The notes under the pieces are model-generated. The model was not told where the DNA came from, ran no database searches, and saw nothing but the letters and a program-made list of their open reading frames with translations. A program made the position numbers and the translations under genes. Shown one piece after another: positions 11,895-21,961 of a DNA stretch of 47,781 nt. Numbering within the stretch: position 1 is the first letter of the stretch; the number at the start of each line of letters is the position of its first letter. This stretch comes from Reclinomonas americana ATCC 50394. Taxonomy: Eukaryota. The stretch lies in NCBI GenBank assembly GCA_048213135.1, contig PS015038.1, positions 201,735 through 249,515 of the forward strand, read 5' to 3'.

Positions 11895-13902
11895 ATGACG
11901 ACCACGATCGTGAGCAGTGTGGAGTTTGTGCGCGAGGTGACACAACGCGCGCATGAGCTCATTCGCGACACCGCGTGCAACGATCGCGACACACTGTACG
12001 AGCTCACACGGATGCTGGAGTTGGACTCGCGAGGAGTCGACGCGCCTGATCCACTCGCCGGCGACGATGCTGTGTGCCTGGAGGTCTCCTGCTCACTCTT
12101 ACTTGTTCTTTGTCTCTCACACACGCTGACAGTTGTCTTCCGTTGGTGACGTCGCGTAGTTGTTGCGAAAGCTGGTGATTCTGTTGGATACGATGGATCA
12201 CCGCGCGCTGCCCATGATGAGCAGCAGCATGTCGAAGCGACAGCGCAAGAAGAAGAAGATGAAGGCGAGCAGTGAGGAGACAGGTGCGTCGTCGTCGTCG
12301 GTGACGGTAACGGTGACGACACTGGAAGCGTTTGGAAGGATCTGTGTGCACGCACTGCTGGCTCGCCTGTTCTCGCGGGTCGGTGACTTGTACACGGGCG
12401 AGGCGCGGGAGCTGTGGGAGCACGCGATCAAGGGCTGCCTGACGTTGGTGGAGAGCGAGGTTTGTCGGGTTGACAACTGTTTGGTTTCGTTGGGCTCATC
12501 ATCGCCTTGGGCCAGCCGAGCGATCGTGATCGGGAGGTGGAGTGTGCCAAGCTGTATGCCGTGCAATCGCTGGCGCAGTTTGTGCACTTTCACGGCCACG
12601 CCTTGTCGGGCCGTGAGCATGCGTGGGTCGGCAGCAGTCGGGCGGCCATTGAGCGGCAAGTGCTGCGGCGCGATGTGCGGCAGCAACGCCTGAACTCGGT
12701 GTGTGAGCAGATCTCGTCGCTCCTGTTCCACAGTGAGCACTCCTCGGCCTACACGCTGTATTCGATCTTGGCGTGGACGGTCGGCTTGGCGGCGCCGGTG
12801 CTGGCCCTCTGGCAGCGCAATTACGAGTGGCTCGGCTTGTCTGTGGCGTTGCGTCGTCTTTGTTTGCTGTGCTTCACGCGTGCGCGTAGCTACGTTGCTC
12901 ACCTGCGCGCAGCATGGATGCACTGCTGGTGGCCGGCACCATGTCGGAACAGGCCACTCGCCAGCGCACACTGCAGTTCCTGCTGGAGCCCAGCACGTTC
13001 ATTGTGCACGATGTCGACATGCTCTCCCGCATGTACGCCCAAGGTGTGTGTGTGAGAGAGAGAGAAAGAGAGAGAGGGAGAGAAAAGGTGATATATCTGC
13101 GATTGGCATTGTGGGGTTGGTGTATTGATGTACATGGTATCACACTGCTCACTCTATCGGTGCGCTTATCTCCACTCACACGCGCAGTGCATGAGGAGGA
13201 ATATGACAGGAGCGACGCGACAGGCTCCACAGTTGCGTGGCTGGGCGGGGAGGGGAAGAGAGGCGAGGGGTTGGACATGTTCGTTCGCGCGCCACCGCAG
13301 GCTCTCTCCGTCGGCGCGCGCCACACTCACTTTCGTGCACCTGTTCTATCGTGCTTCTGCTTCCACGTTGAACAGTCCACCATGAGCGTGTGGTGGCTAT
13401 GGAGGGTGTGGACATTTGTTCTCGCTCACCCTCCGCACGCACACACACGCACATCCATTTTCCACAGGTGCCACCACCGGCAAACAGCAGATCATCTGCA
13501 GCGGCACCACCGCCGGACGCACCTAGCGATGACAGGAGCGTGATGACGACAGAGGTGCGTGAGAGTGTGTGTCTACTGTAGATTTGCGCGACCTGCGTGC
13601 GCGCTCACGAGGCCTGCAGGTCGCACACGGCGCCGGTGGAATTGTGCGTGCACGCTCCTCCTCGACGCCGCCCACCGGTGCGAGCGAGTACGCTCGAGGT
13701 GCGCATGTCGCGTCTCCCGTCGCCAGACCTTCTCCCTCTCCCATCTGACACCCAACTGACACCCAACTCAGGCACCGGCTCACAGCCGCCGTCGACGCAG
13801 CCGTTCAAGGAGGTGGCGCCGACGCGGCGAGGTGCGCGCACTGGCAGTGGCGGCAACGGTGGAAAGAACCGGCGGCCGGGACGCCCGGATCACGGACGTT
13901 GA
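11895..13902 (+). CDS. Hypothetical multi-exon protein (helical N-terminal region, basic NLS-like KRQRKKKK, disordered C-terminus)
   Basis: GT-AG introns join the frames consistently (VCLE|LLRKLV, VESE|PSDRDRE, LSVA|MDALL, YAQ|VHEEE, MTTE|..GTGSQPP..DHGR*). Exon structure in 13230-13470 is uncertain. No family recognised. Confidence 0.6.
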
Positions 13903-14053
13903 CCAAGATTGGCGTGCAGGTTGATTCTTCGACCAAATAAGCCTTCTATATACTATTACTGGCGCACTCGACGATGCATACGTCCGATATGATTGGTATC
14001 CCGCAGAGAAGCTTCCGTGGACAACTCGGGGCTTAGCAACAAAAGCATTACGA

Positions 14054-16224
14054 TCATTGTTCATTATCTGCATTTGCCGAGGAGTGGTTGTGGCGGTGGC
14101 GGTGGTGATGGTCAAGCATTTCGTCCAGCGACCGCTTCCCTAATTCGTTTGTCGCTGTTCCTCCTCCGCCGTTGGTTGTACGTGGTGGCTGGTGCCGCAT
14201 GTCCACGGCGGCCGCCGTGGGTGGACTGCGCGGAGCACAGAGGAGGAACTCGATGCGAGAGGCCTCTTGCTGCGTGATGGTACGACTGCGGGCCGCCGCT
14301 GCCGCCGCCGCCACCTCCTGCTGGTAGAGCTGATGTGCGAGCAAGAGTTGTTGCGGCGAGGGCAGCTGAGGCGGAGGAGGTGGTGGAGGTGGTGGTTGCG
14401 GCGGCGCTGGTGGCGGTGGCGGTAGGAAGGGAGACGAGAACACCGGTGGCGACGAGTGATGTGCGTGAAGCTGGTGATACCCTTGCAGTGGGTGATGCGC
14501 CACCGGCAACGGTGCTGCCATCCTCATGCCGACACCGCCGCCGACCACTGTCGCTGCTGGTGTTAATGGTGCTGCTGCCAAGAGAGGTGGTGACGACCAC
14601 GGCTGCTGTTGCGGTTGCTGCGGCTGCTGCATCATGCTTAATTGCTGTGGCGGCGAGGCGAGGGGCGCCGGTGGCGGTACAGCGTACATGCCTCCGAGGC
14701 TTCTGGGCACCGGCATTGCTGAGCCTGTGTTCCACAACACTTGCGGCATCGGCTGTAGCACCACCGGCGGCTGCATCGGCTGCGGCGGTGACGGCAGTTG
14801 GCCGCCGTGCATCAGCAGTTCACCGTCAAAGTCACCGACACGACGCCGTTTTCGTGCCACCACTACACCATCCCCACCATCCTCCAGCGAGCTCACGTGA
14901 CCGCCAGACGACTTGCGCGAGCGTGGCACCTTGCCTGGTTGCGCTGGCACCGGTATCATGGGCGACGAGACCGGCATGAGCACTGGCAGGGCCGACGCCG
15001 TCGGCGAGTGCATGGGCAACATCGACACCGGTCCGGAACCAAAGTGCCGCGAAAGCTGCGCTGCAGCCAGTGCGGCCGCCGCTGAGCCACCCACAGGACT
15101 ACTCGTGGCACCAGTGACCGACGTGGTGGTGATGGAGTTGGTTCCGGTGGCGGCGGCGGTGGCGTTCGGCCCATGAGCATGGTACACGGGCGACAGAGGC
15201 AGCGGAACCACCACCGATAGCGGCTGCCTCGTGGCATAGCGCGGCACCGATGCATCCCCCAGAGGTGAGCCGCCAGAGTCACCAAACGGGGCAAGTCGAT
15301 GGGCGGGGGCGGACGATGTCGCCCCCGAACCACCGCCAGCGCGCTTCGCCTTGCGCCGTTCTTGCGCTCTGGTGCATGCAAAACAAAAACAAGAACAATC
15401 CCATGAGAATGAGGCACACGAGGCAGTGGGTGGCGACCTCTGCAGGGAGAGACACCAGTCTTAAATGCCGACCGGGCGTGCATAGAGAAAAACCACCACC
15501 AGGTTCGCCATACAGCCATCGCTCACACACTACCATGTCATCCCCCACGTCTCTCATGCCCTCTTGTGCTCCTCACTGCACGCTGCTAGCACAGAAACGT
15601 GCCACACTATGCTCTCGAGTGCTCACAGCGTTCACCAGCCGCAAGCAGGGGCAGAAGTGGGCGGTCGAAAAAATCAGAGACATAGGGTTGGAGATGACCG
15701 AGTACGACGACAACAAAAGAACCACCAAAAATGGAAGCCCGTACAAGCCACAGCGACGTGCGCCACTGCAAGGCACGCACAGGAGACTACTGCGACTGTG
15801 TGCCTGCAGTGGACGCTTGCCAAATGCGCTAGCCTCCACACCAACATTGCTCTCATGCAATTTTGGGGTGGCCGATGAGCGCTGTTCATCACACCATACA
15901 CACACCACCACGTGCCTCTCTCTCTCCCTCACCCTCCCACTTACACACACGCACACACGCACCGTTTGTTGAGAAAAAAGTTGCGGATCTTCCACAGCGG
16001 CCGCGCTGCGCCCACCAACAACTCCATTTCATGAGCCGCCTCTTGCATGTCTTCCTCAGTCGGCCGCGGGTTGGTGCTATACACGCGATGCAGCACACTC
16101 AGCTGCATCATACACACAGTCAACCACACAACAACAACAGCAAAAGAAGCAAGCCTATATGGGCACCTCGGCGTTGGAAAAGTACGTCTTCTTCTTAGCA
16201 CCGCCCTGCTGCTGTCGTTGTTGC

Positions 16225-16259
<35 letters not shown>

Positions 16260-16649
16260 CTGTAGCTGCTGCTGCTGGTGATGCTGTTGCAGAAGCTGTT
16301 GCTGCTGAAGGGCAAGGAAGTCATGATGGGGGTCGCCCTGCAGGGCACTACTTGCACCTCGCGACGCCGCAAACGCCGCCATGGCCATCATCTGTTGCTG
16401 CTGCAGCTGCTGCTGTTGCTGGCGAAAGAGCGTGAACTGCACGCGATCGTCATCGTCGTCAAAGTCGTCCACATCGTCGTCGTCGTCATCGTCGTCGTCG
16501 TCGTCGTCGAGATCGGAGTCGTGCTCATCGTCATCGTCGCCACTGTCGTCTTCTGGTGTCATGGAGTGACCACCACCTCTGCTTCCGCCCGTGCCTCGTG
16601 GTGGCCGTGACGCACGCTGGCCACTGTCTTGGTGGCGCTTTCGTTGCAT
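14054..16649 (-). CDS. Atypical homeodomain transcription factor with polyD, polyQ and long Pro/Gln-rich C-terminus, 3 exons
   Basis: Introns GAG|gtgccc..atgcag (~16167-16103) and CG|gtgcgt..caccag (15963-15369) give KKKTYFSNAELSVLHRVYSTNPRPTEEDMQEAAHEMELLVGAARPLWKIRNFFLNKRAQERRKAKR. This matches homeodomain positions F8, L13, L16, P26, F49, N51, R53 and continues in frame into ORF 14054..15247. Confidence 0.8.
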
Positions 16650-17072
16650 TGCAAACGCTGCTTCTTCTTCTTCTCCAACACACACGCACGCACACGCACT
16701 CACAAACAGGAACAAGGCGAGAGGAGGAGGTATCTTTCCCCCGCTGTCTGTGGATTCTCGTCAACAAAATACGCGCACACACGCACGGTGAACACACACG
16801 AAGAGAGACAAAAGTGACGAAAGTCAACGAGTGTTCTGTGGTGATGGCGGTGTGAGCCGAATATAAAGCGCGCGTCACCCTATCTGTCTGTCTGTGTGAA
16901 TGTCTGAAAGAAATCGCGTCTGTACAAACTCACGACTGTTAATCGGCATCACGGTACGGTTTCCACACGCGCATGTGCATGAAGGAGTGCGTGTGGTGCA
17001 CGTGCAGTCAATGTACACCGTACGCTGCTAGCGTGTATGTTTTGTACGCGCATGTTTTTTGACGAGCAAGAT

Positions 17073-17326
17073 TCCTCACCCCGGAAAGGATATCGGCAGC
17101 CTGGCATCTTCTCAAATTCACGCACCTCACTGCCACTGAAATGCACTTGCGTATTCCGGTGGCAAACCAACTGCCGCGGGTGCATCCGGGGCATCAGGCC
17201 TCGCATCGTCCGTTGTCGTGTCCTAATCAAGGAAAACGGCGCACCTTGCTGTCCAGAAAGCACCACGACGGCGGTGAAAAACCATTGTGCGCACTCATCA
17301 ATTACAAACGAGCACTTCGGTGAGGA
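17073..17326. ncRNA. Candidate structured RNA or element of unknown class
   Basis: Nested complementary segments: tcctcacc 17073-80/ggtgagga 17319-26; ccgga 17081-85/tccgg 17185-89; cggcag 17094-99/ctgccg 17171-76; tgccactg 17131-38/cggtggca 17157-64; ccgttgtcgtg 17210-20/cacgacggcgg 17264-74. Intergenic. No diagnostic motif recognised. Confidence 0.35.
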
Positions 17327-17461
17327 CAGCCCCGTGCGTGTGAGGGTGCACGTGAGGGTGGAAGAGAGAGAAAGTGTGTGCGCGTGCTGTCCACTGCATA
17401 AAGTGTCAGTCAGGATTGTAAACACTGTATACCTAATTAGTCCATTGTTGTATTGTGCGTT

Positions 17462-18838
17462 TCACGAGAACGTGTGCTTCTCATCCACCAACGACGCGAA
17501 GTCCACGTCCTCAATCACGTCCACCTCGTACTGCCTCAGTGCGCGCGCCAACAGCACAGCCAGTAGGTGCTTGCCTGCGCGTTTATGTGGGCGGGGGGAG
17601 CACGCGCGTTAGCAGCAATGAGGCGCACACCATGGCCCACCGCCATTCCCAAGCCCTCACATGACTGCCCCTACCGCCCCCTCAGACAAACACATGCACA
17701 CACACACACGCATATGCATGCGTGCTCACACGCACAAAGGAAAAAAGTACGAACAGCAGAAAAACAAACGAGACACGATTTCGGGGAAACTGTGGCGCAT
17801 GGCTGACTCCGCGCACTGTCGTCCCCCCCAAAACAGCACAAATGCACACGCACCACACAAGGGCAGGGTACATGCAGAGGGAGAGAAAGAGAGAGAGGCA
17901 AAGACAGAGGCGAAAGACCAGCGAGTGAATCTTCCACGCGTCAAAAAAGGTATGCTGACTCTCGCCAATAATGGGGAGGTACGGTTGTCATGACGGCAAC
18001 ACCACCGGCGATCGCGCTCTCTCCCCCCATATGCACCCGCGAGACCCGCACGAGCAAAAAGAAGAAAGAGATCTCCGAACTGCTGAAATACAGGAGTTTC
18101 GCGAGGACGACTGCAGAGCAATGCACACAGCGGCACTCCCTTTGTGGCGGCAAAGAGAGAGATGCCGTCGAGGGAACAGAGAAAAAGACAAACGACGGGG
18201 CGCGGGGAAAAGCCGCAGACAATGTCGGCGCACACACACAAAACAAACAAGCACACACACAAAAAATGTTCGAGAGAAACAGGAACAGAACGGACAGCGA
18301 TTAGTGTGTTCAGAGAGGCCAGCGAGAGACTGAGAAGGAGAAGAAGGAGAAGAAAGATGAATTGAAGAGTGGGAGTTGAAGAACAGAAGAAGAACACGCA
18401 TTCCATCTCTCACAATCTCTCTCTCTCTCTCTCTGTCATTCACGCAACATGTGATTGCCTCGCGCTTGTGCACGACGGCGCTGGCAAAGTGATAGCAACT
18501 GCAGTAGCCCGAGAGGAGGCAATAGTACTGCGAGCGCGACTGTCCGTGCACCACAAACAGCGTGCGAGTGGCCTCTCCGCGACACCTCAACATGCGCACC
18601 GCCGACTGGTCAATCAGCTCCACGGCGGAGGAGAGCACGCCCGGGAAGAGGGCGTGGAGACTGAGAGAGAGGGAGAGTGAGAGAGGGNNNNNNNNNNNNN
18701 NNNNNNNNNNNNNNAGAAGGAGAGAATGGGGAAGGAGTGATACCTCAACAACAGTTCATCGGTGAGTCTGCCCTCGCGCTCAATCTCTTTCAGCAGCGCC
18801 TCGGCTTGCAGTTGCACAGGCACAACTACTTGTGTCAT
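17462..18838 (-). CDS. ZSWIM7: SWIM zinc-finger protein ZSWIM7/SWS1 (Shu complex, homologous recombination), 3 exons
   Basis: Spliced: MTQVVVPVQL..LTDELLLSLHALFPGVLSSAVELID..RTLFVVHG..YYCLLSGYCSCYHFASAVVHKREAITCKHLLAVLLA. The CxC..CxH SWIM motif is completed only by the T|gttgcg (18448)..gcag|GC AAG CAC (17575) intron. Confidence 0.9.
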
Positions 18839-19307
18839 TGCTGATTCTCCTCCCCGTCGTTGACGATCAAGACACACACGCAAACCGGGACAACTTGAGT
18901 GTGACGTCGATGTCGACCTTGTGATTGTCGTGACGGGTCTTTGTTTCAGGAGAGTGGCTTGGAGACAGGCAGCGGGAGATGGGAAGGAGTGAAGGAGAGG
19001 AGAAAGCTGTCGTTGCCGATCTCAGACACAACCACGCTGGTCGGTTGCGACGTGTATCATGCGTCGACATCGCACCCACAAGCTTTACGGTCGTATTGTG
19101 AAGATAATGCCTTCGCCAAGTCAGCCAGTATACGTTCTGCTTCGTCCACTCTCTCCGCTGGCTTGTAATACGCACTTTGGCTTGCGAATCCATTGCCGAC
19201 ACCACTTGTCTCGTCGGCTAAGTCGCTGCAATTCTCTGCCTCGGTCTCATGCCGATAACTACCTATTCATTTTTCTCCCTGGCACTACTACCAGTCCACT
19301 GACTTGC

Positions 19308-21375
19308 TCAAATGCGTACCGGCTCACTCGACGACGGCGACGCCTGGCTCATCTCCGTGTCGGTGTTTCCCAGCGACTGCAGAAAGCACCTCTTGAGTGA
19401 GAGAGCGAGAGGGCCACATCCTACAAGAAATGCTGCGAGACGGACCTTGTACTTGTTGAGCTCGCGCTTCCGCATGCACACGCACAAAATAGCGGTGGCG
19501 ATGACAGCGGTCAAGCCGAGACCGAGACCCAAACCGAGTGCCAGTGCCAGCCGATTGGACGCTGCATGATGCCATGGAGCGTGAGACCACTCATAAGGAG
19601 AGGAGCAAGTGCATGCAGCAAGCGCAACCTTCTTGGCACGCGGCGCCCAAGTAACCGGAATCTGCGACACACGAGAGGCAATGAGCGCGCGCACCGCGCC
19701 GCGCAGCACGTCTCACACCACTTACCGCACTCGCACGTGCCGAGGTTGCAGCGGCCGTGGCCGTTGCAGAGATTGGCACAGTTCGGGTAGCAAGTGTCGG
19801 AGATCTGGAAGAGCGTGTCGGGCTGCGGACCGGGCACAAAGTTGGAGAACGAGAACACAATGTCGATCGGTGTGGTGCCGCCGCCAACCGGCTCGTAGCG
19901 TGTGCCGATAATGTGTGCTCTGCGCGCGCAGCGGTGAGTCGCCATGGAGCAGACACAGAGAGGAGGAGGATGCAGGTGCCGCAACTCTACGGGCACACGC
20001 GCGCCGGGCAATCCAACAAACACCCAGGTGGGGAGCGCATACGAGTACGAGATGGTGCCGGCCTCCCTGCACGGCGCATGCATGAGGGGCTGCGAATCAG
20101 GTATCTATGCAGCAAATAGGCACACACGCACCTCATGCCGTCGACTGTGCGTTCAAACTTGCCAACCCAAATGTCGCACGGAATGCCGCGTGCTGTCAAC
20201 AGCGCACACAGATGTCATTGAGATATCACAAAAGCAGCGGCGTACGAGGTCACACACACACAGACCCTCGCCCTGTGAGGTCCACACTTCGTCGGAGCTG
20301 GGGTAGCCAAGAATGTCGCCCGCTGTGAGGCAGAAGAGACGTGTCAATCGACAGCACAGAGACGCAAGAGGGAAGTGCTCTCGAGACATTGACGGATAGT
20401 GCTCTGCGTTCTCGTGTTCGTGCGGTCTCTTGCGGACTCTTGCTCTCCTCACCACTTAGTCTTCTCCCTTTCTTCGCGTAACCCGCGACACTTTCCACCG
20501 GCTACATCGCCTCTCCTCGCAATCGCTCACATGCCTGTTGTCTTCTTCGTCTCACATTTCGGTAAGCTACACCAAGGTGACTTGTCTCTCCTTGAGCCTC
20601 TTTCACACACTATCCTGCTCACTCCCTCTCGTCTCTCGGGCTTGCTTGCATAACTTGCTTTCTTTTCTACTCAATCTTCTACATCGCACATCCTCACACG
20701 ACCTCGCTTCCAATGCCTTGCCTGCATCGCATCTCGTAACTTGACTTTCCTCTCGTCTAGCCATGATACACTGAACCTCTTTCACGCACTATCCTACTCA
20801 CTCCCTCTCGTCTCCCGGGCTTGCTTGCATAACTTGCTTTCTTTTACTACTCAATCTTCTTTCCCTCCGGCCATGATACATTGAACCTCGCAAACTCTGA
20901 CTTGTCTACCTCTCCCATTCAACGCACACCCTTGCTCTCCTCGTGCCTTGTCTTCTTTCCCCTCCCCTTCCCTCCTTCCCTTTCCACGCAACGAGAGACC
21001 GTGTTAAACATGGCATGCACTGGATCGAATCCAAACGGCGGCGCCGTCACCGGCGTGCACTGATCCCGCCCTCGCCGATCCCACACATACCCTGAATGTG
21101 CCGTGTAATTGTACACTCCCACAAAGTTCTGAGTCGCCGAGCGGCGCTGGTAAAACACGCGCATGTAGATCAAGTCCAACGTCTCATCCAGGTCAGTCCT
21201 GCACACAATGCATGCATGCATGCGAGGGTGAGGCTCATGCATGTTCTCTCTCTCTCTNNNNNNNNNNNNNNNNNNNNTACCGTACCGTACGTAACCGTAA
21301 CGTACGTACGTACGTACGTACGTACGTACGTACGTACGGTACGGTACGGTACGGGTACGGTACGGTACGTACGTC

Positions 21376-21448
<73 letters not shown>

Positions 21449-21795
21449 GTGTGTGTGTGTGCGCGCGCGCACGTGTGTGTGTGTGTGTGTGTGACTCTCC
21501 GTCTCGTTTCCCTGTTGTCTCCGTCTCTCTCCTCCTCCCTTCTCCTCTCTCTCTCTCCCTCTCCCTTCTCCTTGCTCTCTCTCCTCTCTCTCCCTCCCCT
21601 CTCTCTTCTGTCACGCAACGACGAGCGCAGCTGCAGGTCATTCGTTTGCACACTGATGGAGAACTGCAGCGGGAGCAGCGGCAGTGGATCGCCTGCTGCG
21701 GCCTCGGAGGGCGTTGGCAGCACACACGCGGTCAGCACCACCGCCACAGCAGTGGCGGCGAGGAGTGCGAGAAGAAGCGACCGTCGCCTGCTCAT
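19308..21795 (-). CDS. Type I membrane protein: signal peptide, ependymin-related/LolA-like lumenal domain, EGF-like domain, TM helix, short tail
   Basis: Signal peptide MSRRRSLLLALLAATAVAVVLTA; PLLPLQFSISVQ, ARGIPCDIW and FSFSNFVPGPQPDTLFQISDTC (ependymin-like motifs, from memory); EGF CANLCNGHGRCNLGTCECDSGYLGAAC; TM LALALGLGLGLGLTAVIATAILCVCM; about 8 introns. Confidence 0.75.
20593..20890. repeat. Degenerate ~90-bp direct repeat inside an intron
   Basis: 20593-20680 is repeated at 20772-20860 (..actccctctcgtctc[t/c]cgggcttgcttgcataacttgctttctttt..). gccatgataca[c/t]tgaacctc occurs at ~20760 and ~20870. Confidence 0.85.
21278..21493. repeat. Compound simple repeat (TACG)n-(CT)n-(GT)n in an intron beside an N-gap
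   Basis: Directly visible. The TACG part is probably a sequencing artefact (see rejected list). Confidence 0.85.
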
Positions 21796-21961
21796 GTGCA
21801 CGGGATACGATGCGATGATGATGGACGTGATGACTCATTTTTGTGTGTTCAATAAACGATGATGGAGCGCGGATGTGGACCCGGAACTGTGCGTTTACGC
21901 ACTGGACCACGCGCACTCGAGGGGAGGAAAAACAACAACGAACACGCGACACATTGTGTGC

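Noticed and set aside
15674-15892. GTGATGA and CTGA boxes in the homeobox intron (possible C/D snoRNA)
   Set aside because: The boxes are ~215 nt apart with no terminal stem or recognisable rRNA guide; compatible with chance.
21278-21374. Self-complementary (TACG)n tract that could form a cruciform
   Set aside because: It abuts an N-gap and matches the TACG flow order of 454 pyrosequencing with homopolymer-type variants, so it is likely low-quality read noise.
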